A stretch of DNA of 64,000 nt from an uncultured delta proteobacterium (GTDB lineage: Bacteria; Desulfobacterota; WTBG01), in NCBI GenBank assembly GCA_963793865.1, contig CAWCBP010000008.1, positions 32,001-96,000 of the forward strand, written 5' to 3'. Under the pieces are notes generated by a model. The model ran no database searches. It was not told where the DNA came from and saw only the letters and a program-made list of their open reading frames with translations. This document shows positions 1 to 10,390 of this stretch, one piece after another. Position 1 is the first letter of the stretch, and each line of letters starts with the position of its first letter. Made by a program: the position numbers and the translations under genes.

Positions 1-75
1 ACAGGAGGAGGGCTATCAGCTCCGCCTGGCGTGGTGTCACATAAAATGATAATATTATAGATTAATTTACACGCG

Positions 76-173
76 GTCATTGCGAGCAAAGCGAAGCAAT
101 CTCATTTTTTGTAAGGGCTCTGCTTACGCGGTCAAAACAGAGATTGCTTCGTCACTGCGTTCCTCGCAATGAC
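76..173. repeat. Palindromic intergenic element (GTCATTGCGAG...GAAGCAATCTC / GAGATTGCTTCG...CTCGCAATGAC)
   Basis: Two nested inverted-repeat arm pairs: 76-86 with 163-173, and 92-103 with 140-151. A half copy lies at 36474-36511. Confidence 0.75.
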
Positions 174-652
174 AGGTTTATTTTGCTTTTCATAAAAAAA
201 TTATTCCGGGGACAACCTGCTAGGGATGGGTATCGTGGTAATCGTTGGAGGGTGTGTGTTCGACACCGCCTTCTGCTTTTTGAGGAATGGGCGACGGGGC
301 GGTAGCGGAATCCCTGGAGATGGTTCTCTCCGCGTGACCCTGTTTGCTGCCGGCAGGGAAAAAGGCCAGAAATGAAATGAGGGCAAAAAAGGCGACTACG
401 AACACGCAATTTTTGAACTTGACCATCAGTTATGTCATCCTTCGATGTATGATTACGATTTGACGTGCAATATCAGCAACGTATCGGCAGACCGTCAAAG
501 AATCTTTACCTGCGATGCGCCTGCCTGAAACACCTTTATACAGGACCTGCCGGGGCCGGTCAATATTTTTTTCGCTCTGCCGGTATTGTGCTGATGCAAC
601 AACAGCATAAAGCAGCAACAGGATCGCGAGGAAAGACATTTTTAGAAAAGCA

Positions 653-681
653 TTGACAATGCATTGTGTGAGGCCTAGATT
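653..681 (+). promoter_or_regulatory. sigma70-type promoter for panBC
   Basis: TTGACA (653-658), 17 bp spacer, TAGATT (676-681). Confidence 0.6.
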
Positions 682-749
682 CGTATTCAGATGCATCTTC
701 GCAGCGGCAGACAGGAAGGCACTCATTAATCTCATATGAGGTGAATGCC

Positions 750-1553
750 ATGGCGGCAAAGATTACCATACTTGATCTTAAGGATATGAAGGAACGGGGC
801 GAGAAAATAACCATGCTTACCGCCTACGATTGTCCGACCGCCCGCATCCTTGACGGGTGCGGCATCGAGGTTCTGCTGATCGGTGATTCCGTCGGCAATG
901 CCATGATGGGCCTGGAGAACACCCTGCCGGTCACCGTTGAGGAGATGATTTACCATACCAGGGCGGTGGTCAGGGGGAGGAAGCGCGCCCTGGTTGTGGC
1001 GGACATGCCCTTCATGTCCTACCAGGTGAGCGTTGAGCAGGCGAAACGGGAAGCAGGCAGGATGATCAAGGAGGGTGGGGCGGAGGCGGTGAAGCTGGAG
1101 GGCGGTGAGGTCATGGAAGATGTGATCAAGGCCATCTGCGATATTGATATCCCGGTGATGGGGCACATTGGACTGACGCCTCAATCCGTTCACCGCATGG
1201 GTGGCTACAGGGTGCAGGGCAGGGAGGAGCGGCAGAGAAAAAAGCTTCTGGCCGATGCCAGGGCGGTCGAGCGAGCGGGCGCGTTCTGCCTTGTGCTTGA
1301 GGCCATTCCGGCCAGGCTTGCCGCGGAAATTACCCAAACCGTGCGCATTCCCACCATCGGCATTGGAGCCGGCGTCAATTGTGACGGGCAGGTGCTGGTG
1401 ATCCATGATCTGCTGGGCATCGCCGGCGCCTTCAGACCGAAATTCGTGAAGCAGTACGCGAATCTGGAGGCTGTCATAACCAAAGCGGTGACAACCTATC
1501 TCTCAGAGGTTAAAAAGAAGCGGTTTCCCTCCGCTCAACACAGCTTCGAGTAA
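750..1553 (+). CDS. panB: 3-methyl-2-oxobutanoate hydroxymethyltransferase
   Basis: MLTAYD, LIGDS, VADMPF, AVKLEGG, MGHIGLTPQ, IGIGAG, DGQVLV motifs; ATG 750 after GAGGTG. Confidence 0.97.
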   Translation: MAAKITILDLKDMKERGEKITMLTAYDCPTARILDGCGIEVLLIGDSVGNAMMGLENTLPVTVEEMIYHTRAVVRGRKRALVVADMPFMSYQVSVEQAKREAGRMIKEGGAEAVKLEGGEVMEDVIKAICDIDIPVMGHIGLTPQSVHRMGGYRVQGREERQRKKLLADARAVERAGAFCLVLEAIPARLAAEITQTVRIPTIGIGAGVNCDGQVLVIHDLLGIAGAFRPKFVKQYANLEAVITKAVTTYLSEVKKKRFPSAQHSFE

Positions 1554-1567
1554 CCGGAGGCGTTTTC

Positions 1568-2413
1568 GTGCAGGTCATTAGCGGCGTCAGAGACATGCAG
1601 GTATCCGCCGAGGGGGCGCGGCGGCAGGGCAAGCGCATTGTGCTCGTTCCCACCATGGGGTTTCTCCATCAGGGGCACGTGAGCCTGATGCAGGAGGGCC
1701 GGCGGCGCGGCGATCTGCTGGTGATGAGCATTTTTGTCAATCCCACCCAGTTCGGGGCGGGTGAGGACTACGAAGCCTATCCCCGCGACATGGAACGGGA
1801 CCAGGACCTGGCCCGGCAGGCCGGCGTTGATATCATCTTTGCCCCGTCAGCACGGGAGATGTATCCTGCGCACTATCAGACATACGTGCATGTGGAAGAG
1901 GTCACCAAATATTTATGCGGTGCCTCCCGGCCGACCCACTTCAGGGGGGTGACCACGGTGGTGTGCAAGCTCTTTCATATCGTCAAGCCCCACGCGGCCA
2001 TTTTCGGCGAGAAGGATTTTCAGCAGCTGGTGGTCATCCGGCGCATGGTCACCGACCTCAACCTGGATGTGGAGATTGTGGGGATGCCCACCTACCGCGA
2101 GAGAGACGGGCTGGCCATGAGCTCACGCAATTCCTACTTGACGCCGCCTGAGCGCACGGCAGCCCTTTGTATATCGCGGGCGCTGCAGCAGGCCGCCGCG
2201 CTTTTCGGACAGGGCGAGCGCCGGGCGGAAGCAATTGTCCGTGCCGCTCGCGACATCATTGCCGCCGAGCCGCTGGCCGGGGTCGATTACATTGCGCTGT
2301 GCGATACGGAGGAGCTTAATGACCTGGTGCAGATTGACCGGGAAGCGGTGCTGGCCGTGGCGGTAAAGATCGGCAGGGCGCGGCTCATCGATAACGTCGT
2401 ACTCAAGCCATAA
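1568..2413 (+). CDS. panC: Pantoate--beta-alanine ligase
   Basis: VPTMGFLHQGH, SIFVNPTQF, RPTHFRGV, FGEKDFQQ, GLAMSSRN, RLIDN. Confidence 0.97.
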   Translation: MQVISGVRDMQVSAEGARRQGKRIVLVPTMGFLHQGHVSLMQEGRRRGDLLVMSIFVNPTQFGAGEDYEAYPRDMERDQDLARQAGVDIIFAPSAREMYPAHYQTYVHVEEVTKYLCGASRPTHFRGVTTVVCKLFHIVKPHAAIFGEKDFQQLVVIRRMVTDLNLDVEIVGMPTYRERDGLAMSSRNSYLTPPERTAALCISRALQQAAALFGQGERRAEAIVRAARDIIAAEPLAGVDYIALCDTEELNDLVQIDREAVLAVAVKIGRARLIDNVVLKP

Positions 2414-2431
2414 CAGGCTGGTGAAAAAAGC

Positions 2432-2459
2432 GCAGGGGCGACCGGCCGTTCGCCCCTAC
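2432..2459. repeat. REP-like palindrome, family A (G[CT]AGGGGCGACCGGCCG[TG]TCGCCCCTAC)
   Basis: Near-perfect palindrome between convergent panC and UDG genes; second copy at 30595-30622. Confidence 0.75.
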
Positions 2460-2484
2460 ATGGATTGTAACTGATGCATGCATC

Positions 2485-3189
2485 CTACCTGCAATATTCC
2501 TCGCGAATCATCTTCATATCTTCCCACACCTCCCGCTTCCGTTCCGGATTTCTGAGCAGGAAGGCAGGGTGAAAGGTTGCTATCAGCCTGGCATCGCGGT
2601 AGGAGAAAAACCTGCCCCTCAGGCGGGAGATCTTCTCATCGGTCTGCAGCAGCGTCTGTGCCGCGAAGGTTCCCAGTGCGCAGATGATCCTCGGCCCGAT
2701 GGCCTCGAGCTGCTTAATGAGAAAAGGTTCACACGCCCCGATTTCATCGGGCTCCGGGTTTCGATTGCCCGGGGGCCGGCACTTGATGATGTTGGCGATG
2801 TAGACTTCATCGCGGCTGAGATTGATCGAGCCTATGATTTTGGTGAGCAGCTGGCCTGCCCTGCCGACGAACGGTTCTCCCTGCCGGTCTTCGTCCTCCC
2901 CGGGTCCCTCGCCCACAAATACCAGCCGGGCTTCGGGATTTCCAACGCCGAAGACAATGTGGGTGCGCTGGCGGTGCAGCTTGCACCGTGTGCACTCCCC
3001 CAGCTCCTGCCTTATGTTCCGGAGGAGATGTTCCTTTCCCGCGGGAAGCCGCTCATCGGAGGGGGGCAGCACCTCACCCGAAACGGGCAGACCCTCAACC
3101 CCTTCCTCTTTCCGGCAGCGCAGGTAGTCCTCCAGAGAGGCAATCACCTGTCCCAGTTCAACTTTCAGCTGATTGCTCTTCTCCATCAT
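2485..3189 (-). CDS. Uracil-DNA glycosylase family 4 (Fe-S)
   Basis: CTRCKL, VGEGPGEDED, PFVGRAG, KCRPPGNRNP, TFHPAFLLR. Confidence 0.93.
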   Translation of the reverse strand: MMEKSNQLKVELGQVIASLEDYLRCRKEEGVEGLPVSGEVLPPSDERLPAGKEHLLRNIRQELGECTRCKLHRQRTHIVFGVGNPEARLVFVGEGPGEDEDRQGEPFVGRAGQLLTKIIGSINLSRDEVYIANIIKCRPPGNRNPEPDEIGACEPFLIKQLEAIGPRIICALGTFAAQTLLQTDEKISRLRGRFFSYRDARLIATFHPAFLLRNPERKREVWEDMKMIREEYCR

Positions 3190-4433
3190 CTTTCTTTTTT
3201 TCGTCCCCCGGCGGGGTTTTGCTGCGCCGCGGCATGGAGGCCTGCTCTGCCTTCAGCTCTTTGACTTTGTCCAGGATTTTATCCGCCAGCTCATCCTTAT
3301 CCATGAGCGGGAGGCTGTTGATCCTGCCCTCGTAGTCAATAAGGGTTGCCTCATTGCTATCTGAGCCGAAGCCCCCCTGCTTTTGGAGCGCGCTGTTGAC
3401 CACAATCATGTCCAGATTTTTACGGTCCAGCTTTGACTTGGCCTGGGAGATGAGGTTCTTGGTCTCGGCCGCAAAGCCCACCAGAAACCTGTTCCCCTTG
3501 TTTCTCCCCAGCTGGTAGAGGATGTCGGGGTTTCGTTCCAGCTCCAGGCTCAGGGTCTTGCGTATCTTTTTCATCTTTTCCCCGAAGCTCTTCTTGGGGC
3601 GGTAATCGGATACGGCAGCCGTCTTGATGATAATGGTGGAGGCCTTGGCGTGCAGCATCACAACCTTGTACATCTCCAGCGCGGTAGTGACGCTGACGGT
3701 CTGGACGCGGGCGGGCGGCTTGAGACCGGTGGGCCCGGTCACCAGCAATACCTCGGCGCCTCTTCTCTGGGCGGCCCTGGCCAGGGCATAACCCATTTTC
3801 CCCGAGGAGCGGTTGGTCAGCATGCGCACCGGATCGAGCGGTTCTTCAGTCGGGCCCGCGGTTACCAGGATGCGCTCGCCCTGAAGGTCCTTCGGGGTGA
3901 TAAACGGGATTACCTCTTCCAGTATGTCCGCCGGCTCGGCCATTCTTCCCTGGCCTTCATAGCCGCAGGCAAGTTCTCCCGGTACCGGGTCCGCGAAGCG
4001 GAAGCCGCGCTCGCGCAATTTTTCCACATTATGGCGGGTTGCGGGATTTTCCCACATCTTGACGTTCATGGCCGGGGCGATAAGCACCGGCGCGGAGGTG
4101 GCCAGCACCACGGTAGACAGGAGATCGTCGGCCAGGCCGTTGGCAATTTTGGCGATGATGTTCGCGGTCGCGGGCGCGATGATCAGCAGGTCCGCCCTGT
4201 CTGCCAGGGCAATGTGGGATATTTCGTCGCTGTAGCGGCGCGAACATGTCCGTGTACACCGGGTGCCCGGAAACGGTCTGAAAGGTCAGCGGGGCGACAA
4301 ACTGCCGGGCGTGGTCGGTCATCACCACATACACCTCTGCCTGCCGCTTGCGAAGCAGGCGCACCAGTTCAACCGCTTTATAAGCGGCGATGCCGCCGGT
4401 GATGCCAACCACAATATTTTGTCCCTTGATCAT
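3158..4433 (-). CDS. coaBC: Bifunctional phosphopantothenoylcysteine decarboxylase/ligase, frameshifted near 4235
   Basis: GITGGIAAYK N-terminus in one frame; HIALADRAD..APATAN..GLADDLL, APAMN, TAGPTEEPLDPVR..NRSSGKMG, VGFAAET in the next frame. Confidence 0.93.
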
Positions 4434-4489
4434 ACGCTTCTTCCTGTACAGGTGCCGTTAGGCACGGTGATGTTTTTGTGAGGGTCAGG

Positions 4490-5725
4490 TTAAAGGGCCT
4501 CTTCCTGTTCTTCCGGTCCCTCTTTCGCCGGGGAAACGCTCACCTCCGCCTCGATGAGGGGCGGAGCGATGCGGATGACGGAAATGGTAAATCCTTCGAA
4601 TTGCTTCCCCTCCAGTTCCTGGGCCAGCGCGAGGGTGTCAGAGCCGGACTCCAGCTCCAGCAGGGCCCCCCTGGCTGCCACGCTCTTTTGCTCGATGGCG
4701 GTAATGGCGGGGATGTTTTTTTTCAGTGCATTTTTAAACGCTGTGAAATCAGAATAGCTGGATATGCCGGAAACGCTGAGGCTGGTTATCAGGACCCCCT
4801 TGCTTTCCTTTGACCAGCGCTGCGCGATCTGCTCGCCTATCTGGCGGGCAAATGTCCGTGAAGCGTTCTTGATGGCGCTGTCATATGCGGAGTCATCGCT
4901 TTCCCCGCTTGAAGGCATGTAGGTTTCAATGGAGCCCAGGACGGAGCCGTCATCGGTCTTTACCGCCCTGCCGGCGATATTTGCCTGAACCTCCTGCGCG
5001 AATGCGTCCCCGCTCCCCCCGGCGGCCGGGCCTGCCTGCGCCCTCGCAGTAATTATTACGTCGGCCTGGAACTGCCTGCCCAGGGCCTGGAGGTCTTCAA
5101 CATCAGGGTCAAGGCATCCGTAGACATTACTGCCGGTGATCTGCAGGATCATGCGGGAGTGGTCAATAACTTCGAATCCCTGCTTCTCCAGTTCGTCGCG
5201 CATCGCCAGGTCAGGCGGGGTTAAGGCGGTTTCGGGATCGATGAAGGACCACCAGCAGGTATAGACGTCCCGGCCGGGCTGCTGCCGGGCAATCATCAGC
5301 AGAACGGCGGGCAGCGCGCGTTCCGGCCCGATCAACTGGTCCACCGCCAGATACTTTTCCAGCTTCCTGAGGTTCACGTTTGACTGCAGCGTAATATGGT
5401 AGCGATCGCCGCGCCTGCTGTCATAGAGAATCTTGTAGCTTTCTATATAATCGGTCGCCTTGTCAAACAGCAGCCCACTGAGGGAAGGGAGCTGCTGGTT
5501 CATCTGCTCAAAGGTCATGATCGTACCTACCGCCTGGACAAGCGCCTTGCGGTGTGCGTCAGCAATGGCACTGCTTTGGGCGGTGACGAGGTTGTTGTCG
5601 CTGATCTGGGCAATCCCGGTGGTGACCACGGCGTTACCCGGAGAGGTCCCCTGGGAGAAGGCCGCGCTTCCTGCAACCAACATGCTCAGGAAAAATGCTG
5701 TTACGGTACACAGATGTTTTATCAT
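4490..5725 (-). CDS. Secreted/periplasmic protein, FlgT N-terminal-like domain
   Basis: Signal peptide; GIAQI...AQSSAIADAHRKALVQAVG segment resembles FlgT-N/LPP20-like domains. Confidence 0.55.
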   Translation of the reverse strand: MIKHLCTVTAFFLSMLVAGSAAFSQGTSPGNAVVTTGIAQISDNNLVTAQSSAIADAHRKALVQAVGTIMTFEQMNQQLPSLSGLLFDKATDYIESYKILYDSRRGDRYHITLQSNVNLRKLEKYLAVDQLIGPERALPAVLLMIARQQPGRDVYTCWWSFIDPETALTPPDLAMRDELEKQGFEVIDHSRMILQITGSNVYGCLDPDVEDLQALGRQFQADVIITARAQAGPAAGGSGDAFAQEVQANIAGRAVKTDDGSVLGSIETYMPSSGESDDSAYDSAIKNASRTFARQIGEQIAQRWSKESKGVLITSLSVSGISSYSDFTAFKNALKKNIPAITAIEQKSVAARGALLELESGSDTLALAQELEGKQFEGFTISVIRIAPPLIEAEVSVSPAKEGPEEQEEAL

Positions 5726-5735
5726 GGTTTGCGGT

Positions 5736-6992
5736 TTATTGGATGTAGGGTTTGAGCTCGCGGGCCAGCGCCCGGTTGATATCAGCCTCTATGACAACAC
5801 CCGTTTCCACATAGGTGGCGGTGTGGATGGTGCCCTGTTTCATGATGCGGTCGATGGTTTCCCAGGCCTCGAAAGGAATGGTCAGCCTGACTCTTTTGAA
5901 TTCGGGCAGAAGCAGGCGCCCGATCAGGGAGCACAACCCGTCGATTCCTTCACCGGTCGCTGCCGAGATGCCGATTCCGTGGTCGACCTTTCGTTCCCAC
6001 CGCCGCAGCAGGGAGCGCTCGGCGAGAAGGTCAATTTTGTTGAACGCGTGGACGACGGTTCTCGGGGGCATATCGATTTCCGCGAGCACTCTATTCACCG
6101 CGTCGATGTGTGCCTCGCAATGGGGGCTGCTAACATCAATGACGTGGAGCAGAAGGTCCGATGCCGTCACCTCTTCAAAGGTCGCCTTGAAGGCGGCAAT
6201 GAGCTGGTGCGGGAGCTTGTTGATGAACCCGACCGTATCGGTGATGAATGCCTCCTGATGGCCGCCCAGCCTGAGCTTTCCAACCTTGGGGTCCAGCGTG
6301 CTGAAAAGCTGGTCCTTGACCAGCACCTGTGTGCGGGAGAGCCGGTTGAGCAGGGTCGATTTGCCGGAATTGGTGTAGCCGACAAGGGCTATCATGGAGC
6401 GGAGGCGCTCCTTCCTGTCCAGGCGGTGGAGGGTCCTCACCCTGCGCACCTTATCCAGCTCCCGGTTCAATCTGGTGATACGCTCCTTGATTCTCCTGCG
6501 GTCTACCTCCAGCTTGGTTTCACCCGGTCCCCTGGTACCAATGCCGCCGCCCAGCCGGGAAAGGCTTACCCCCTTTCCGGTCAGCCGGGGCAGGGTATAG
6601 GTGAGCTGGGCCAGCTCCACCTGCAGCTTTCCCTCCCCGGACCGGGCCCGCTGGGCGAAAATATCCAGAATCAGCGCGGTGCGGTCAATGGTTTTTGTTC
6701 CAAACAGTGTTTCCAGGTTTCGCTGCTGGGTAGGCGTGAGCTCGTCATCAAAGATAATCACATCAACCGGCTGTGAGGCTATGAATGACCGTATTTCTTC
6801 CGCCTTGCCTTTTCCGATGAGCAGCGCCGCGTCCATCTTTCTCAGTGACTGGACCAGGGTTTTCACCACCCGGGCCCCGGCGGTTTCAGCCAGGCGGGAC
6901 AATTCTTCGAGCGAATCCGCAATCTCCCACTCGGCTTTATTTCTTGGCGTTCCTATGAGCAGTGCTTTTTCTCTGGTGATGCCGGGCCCCAT
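5736..6992 (-). CDS. hflX: GTPase HflX
   Basis: GGIGTRGPGETKLE, GYTNSGKS, DTVGFI, NKID; start uncertain (6992 or upstream). Confidence 0.95.
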   Translation of the reverse strand: MGPGITREKALLIGTPRNKAEWEIADSLEELSRLAETAGARVVKTLVQSLRKMDAALLIGKGKAEEIRSFIASQPVDVIIFDDELTPTQQRNLETLFGTKTIDRTALILDIFAQRARSGEGKLQVELAQLTYTLPRLTGKGVSLSRLGGGIGTRGPGETKLEVDRRRIKERITRLNRELDKVRRVRTLHRLDRKERLRSMIALVGYTNSGKSTLLNRLSRTQVLVKDQLFSTLDPKVGKLRLGGHQEAFITDTVGFINKLPHQLIAAFKATFEEVTASDLLLHVIDVSSPHCEAHIDAVNRVLAEIDMPPRTVVHAFNKIDLLAERSLLRRWERKVDHGIGISAATGEGIDGLCSLIGRLLLPEFKRVRLTIPFEAWETIDRIMKQGTIHTATYVETGVVIEADINRALARELKPYIQ

Positions 6993-7095
6993 GCTTTTGT
7001 AAGCTGTGCGTTTGACGACGAGCGACGTTTTCCCCCCGCCCGCGACATGTATGCTGTTCAGCGTTCGATCACAGCGATCATAATAGAACAATAGT

Positions 7096-8028
7096 TCAAA
7101 TATTCAAGAACTTTCTCAACAGCTCATCGACGGCGGCGGTTTGTCCGGGCAGCATGAACCACTCTATTTCCGGGTCTTTCCGGAACCAGGTTAATTGACG
7201 CTTGGCGTATCGTTTGGTGTTCACTTTTATAAGCCGTATTGCCTCGTCCAGGGTTATTTCGCCCCGGATATGGCTCAGCATCTGTTTGTATCCCAGGCTC
7301 TGGAAAGCCTTTATGGAGTGAGCATATCCTTTCGAGAGCAGCCCCCTCACTTCTTCCTCAAGGCCGGATGAAATCATGGAGTCAACCCGCTCCTCGATGC
7401 GGCGGTAAATCTCTCTCCGGTCTCTTATAAGCCCTATTTTCAGGGGGGTAAACGCCGAGGTGCTGAAGCGGTGGTCCCGATGGTGTTCGGAAATGGTCCT
7501 GCCCGTGAGATGGAATACCTCGAGCGCCCTGATGATCCTGAAGGTGTCGTTGGGGTGGATGCGCGACGCGGCCTCCGGGTCAACCTCCCCGAGCTGCCGG
7601 TAGAGATGCCGGTTGCCCTTTTCCGCCTCCAGTTTTTTGAGCCTCTCCCGCAACTGCCTGTCCGCGGGCGGGGCGGGGAAAAGGCCTTTGAGCAGGGCCT
7701 TAATGTACAGCCCGGTTCCGCCTGTCACCAGCGCGCGTTTGCCGCTCTGCGCCAGAGCGCTGATGATCCGGTGCGCCTCTTCCCGGAACTGCGCCGCGCT
7801 GTATTCCTCGTCGGGATTCCTGATGTCAAGGAGATGGTGGGTGACCAGATTCCTGTCCGCGGGAGGCGGTTTTGCCGACCCTATGTCCATGCCCCGGTAC
7901 ACCTGCATGGAATCGGCATTGATAATCTCCAGTCCGAATTGCAGGGCCAGCTCCAGGGCAAGCGCTGATTTGCCCACGGCTGTGGGTCCCACGATAACGA
8001 TCAGGGGTATAGGTTCGAGTTGGTTCAT
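7096..8028 (-). CDS. miaA: tRNA dimethylallyltransferase
   Basis: GPTAVGKS, NADSMQVYRGMDIGSAKP, GGTGLY, YAKRQLTWF. Confidence 0.96.
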   Translation of the reverse strand: MNQLEPIPLIVIVGPTAVGKSALALELALQFGLEIINADSMQVYRGMDIGSAKPPPADRNLVTHHLLDIRNPDEEYSAAQFREEAHRIISALAQSGKRALVTGGTGLYIKALLKGLFPAPPADRQLRERLKKLEAEKGNRHLYRQLGEVDPEAASRIHPNDTFRIIRALEVFHLTGRTISEHHRDHRFSTSAFTPLKIGLIRDRREIYRRIEERVDSMISSGLEEEVRGLLSKGYAHSIKAFQSLGYKQMLSHIRGEITLDEAIRLIKVNTKRYAKRQLTWFRKDPEIEWFMLPGQTAAVDELLRKFLNI

Positions 8029-8089
8029 CGTGCGTGCGGGTGGCGATGCGTGAGCGTACCGCAGGGGATGGGTGTTTTTCAACAGCCTG

Positions 8090-8614
8090 TTAGTGCCCGG
8101 GGAATGCCACCAGGGCAAATACGGGGTATCCTTCCAGCTTTTCCTTTCCCTTCAGATCAGGGAGATCCACAATAAAGGCGCATTCCACAACCTTCCCCCC
8201 GGCCATTTCCACCAGCTCGCACGCCGCTTTCATGGTGCCGCCGGTGGCGAGCAGGTCATCAACCATCAGCACCCGCATGCCCGGCGTGACCGCGTCCTTA
8301 TGCATTTCAATTGCATCGGTGCCGTACTCCAGCTGGTAATTCCTGCGGTAGGTCTCCGCAGGGAGCTTGCCCGGCTTGCGGATGGGGATGAATCCCCGTC
8401 CCAGCCGGCAGGCTATGGCTCCGGCGATGATAAAACCACGGGACTCGATACCTGCCACCATGTCAATGTCCATGCTTTGATAGCGATTGACTAAGGCGTC
8501 AACCGTGTGCTGCAAGCCCTGGGCGTCCTTGAGCAGGGTGGTGATATCGCGGAACAGTATGCCTTTTTTGGGGAAATTGGGGATAGTGCGGATCTTTGCC
8601 TTGATAGTGTCCAT
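8090..8614 (-). CDS. apt: Adenine phosphoribosyltransferase
   Basis: FPKKGILFRDIT, RKPGKLP, LEYG, VDDLLATGGT. Confidence 0.96.
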   Translation of the reverse strand: MDTIKAKIRTIPNFPKKGILFRDITTLLKDAQGLQHTVDALVNRYQSMDIDMVAGIESRGFIIAGAIACRLGRGFIPIRKPGKLPAETYRRNYQLEYGTDAIEMHKDAVTPGMRVLMVDDLLATGGTMKAACELVEMAGGKVVECAFIVDLPDLKGKEKLEGYPVFALVAFPGH

Positions 8615-8638
8615 GGGGGTTTCCTTTCTCCTGCGCCT

Positions 8639-9973
8639 TCAGGCGATGAGGTAGAGCGCAATCAGGATGGCGCTCACCAGATAAACCATCCAGTGCACCT
8701 CCCTTCCTTTCCCGCATCCCAGCTTTATGAGCGGGTAGCTGACAAAGCCTATGGCGAGGCCGTTGGAGATGCTGAAGGTGAGGGGCATGGTTACAATAGT
8801 GAGAAATGCCGGGATAGCCTCGTCGGGCGATGTCCAGCGGATTTTAGTAATGGACTGCATCATCAGGCTGCCGACCACGATCAGCGCCGGCGCGGTTACG
8901 GGATGCAGCAGTATGGCGCTGCCCTCGCCCCGGTAACCGCCCCCGAACATGTTTGCCAGGGGGGAGCAAAAAAGGGAAAGCAGAAGCAGCAGGGCGGTTA
9001 TCACACTGGCGAGTCCCGTTCTTCCGCCTTCGGAGACCCCGGTCGCGCTCTCGATATAGCTGGTCAGTGGCGAGGTGCCGCAGAGGGAACCCAGGGTGGT
9101 GCCGACGGCATCGGAGAAGAGCGCCCTGCCGGCGCGCGGCAGCCTGCCGTTTTTCACCAGCCCCGCCTGTTCGCCCACGCCGATCAATGTGCCGATGGTA
9201 TCAAACAGGTTAAGAAACAGAATGGTAAAAATGGGCATGATGAAGGCGGCGCTGAACGCGCCTGCGATGTCAAGCTTGAGCCAGGTAGGCCTCATGGATG
9301 GTATGGGGCTCACCAAACCTTTGTACTCAACCAGCCCGGTGATGACGCCCAGGGTGCCGGTACAAAGGATGCCCAGCAGGATCGCGCCCTTGATCCGCCG
9401 CGCCATCATGACCGCGGTGATCAGCAGGCCTGCGATGGCAACCAGGGCGGGCGGGGCACTTAAATCGCCCATGGTGAGAAAGGTGGCGGCATTGGGGACC
9501 ACGATGCCCGCCTCCCTCAACCCGATAAAGGCTATGAAGGTCCCGATGCCGGCAGCGATGCCGTGCTTTATCCCCCCGGGTATGGCTTCAAATATAACTT
9601 CCCTGAGTTTCACCGCGGTCAGAAGCAGGAAAAGTGAGCCGGAAAGAAAAACCATGCCCAGTGCGATTTCCCAGGGCACCCCCATGGATGAGCAAATCTG
9701 GTAGCTGAACAGTGCGTTTATGCCCATGCCGGGCGCCTGGGCTATGGGATAGTTGGCCAGAAGGGCCATCAGCATGGTTGCGGCTGCCGCGGAGATGCAG
9801 GTGGCGACCATAACCGCGTTAAAATCCATTCCCGCGCCCTGGGATAAAATAGCCGGGTTTACGAAAATAATGTAAGCCATGGTCATGAAGGTGGTGACGC
9901 CGGCTATGATTTCCGTGCGGACGGTCGAGCCTGACTCTTCTATTTTGAAAAACCGGTTGAGTGTGTTTTTCAT
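8639..9973 (-). CDS. NCS2/AzgA-family purine permease
   Basis: EIIAGVTTFMTMAYII, APGMG, FDTIGTL, YIESATGVSEGGRTGL; many TM segments; adjacent to apt. Confidence 0.92.
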   Translation of the reverse strand: MKNTLNRFFKIEESGSTVRTEIIAGVTTFMTMAYIIFVNPAILSQGAGMDFNAVMVATCISAAAATMLMALLANYPIAQAPGMGINALFSYQICSSMGVPWEIALGMVFLSGSLFLLLTAVKLREVIFEAIPGGIKHGIAAGIGTFIAFIGLREAGIVVPNAATFLTMGDLSAPPALVAIAGLLITAVMMARRIKGAILLGILCTGTLGVITGLVEYKGLVSPIPSMRPTWLKLDIAGAFSAAFIMPIFTILFLNLFDTIGTLIGVGEQAGLVKNGRLPRAGRALFSDAVGTTLGSLCGTSPLTSYIESATGVSEGGRTGLASVITALLLLLSLFCSPLANMFGGGYRGEGSAILLHPVTAPALIVVGSLMMQSITKIRWTSPDEAIPAFLTIVTMPLTFSISNGLAIGFVSYPLIKLGCGKGREVHWMVYLVSAILIALYLIA

Positions 9974-10069
9974 GCTAGGACTTATGCAGAATTGCCGTGG
10001 TGGAGGGACAGTTATAACGGGAATGGAGATTTCCCGTCAAGGGAAAAGTCTCGGCGCTTCCCGAGGTAA

Positions 10070-10147
10070 AAAAAGGGACGCCCTTAAATATCTCAGTTGT
10101 TACGTTAGCTGAAGTTGAAATTTAGAAATGTAAGAGCGTCCCTCTTT
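10070..10147. repeat. Imperfect inverted repeat with GGGACG core
   Basis: 10070-10093 matches the reverse complement of 10124-10147 at 20 of 24 positions. Confidence 0.6.
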
Positions 10148-10163
10148 AGAATATTCGGGATAA

Positions 10164-10390
10164 GGGGACGTTGTTGACAAATTGTACAAAGTTAATAAAA
10201 GAACTACTTCAATTCGGAAGCAGGCGGCATCCGCTTCCAAAACTACGAAAAAAACGCGCGTGTCAATTTGTAATGGAATACGGCTTTTCATTGGCCGAAA
10301 CAGCACGCCAGTTCGACGAATCAACATCAGCAGTAGCACGCATGCTGGAGCGGAATGAATGAGAAAGTACAATTTGTCAACAACGTCCCC
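10164..10390. mobile_element. MITE-like element, 227 bp, with perfect 24-bp terminal inverted repeats and a transposase-like HTH remnant
   Basis: GGGGACGTTGTTGACAAATTGTAC (10164-10187) and its exact reverse complement (10367-10390); internal ORF 10171-10362 with GSRR...YGFSLAETARQFDESTSAVARML HTH. Confidence 0.75.

Noticed and set aside
1..49. 3' end of an upstream plus-strand gene (QEEGYQLRLAWCHIK-stop)
   Set aside because: Too short to support or identify
5460..6776. Long antisense ORFs (also 8507-9463, 26075-27313, 32064-33242, 53176-54045, 62777-63664)
   Set aside because: Shadows of well-supported genes on the opposite strand in GC-rich DNA, with no recognisable motifs
9974..10070. Purine riboswitch before the NCS2 permease; SAM or cobalamin riboswitch at 14330-14650
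   Set aside because: No conserved aptamer motifs recognised by eye; an Rfam covariance search would be needed
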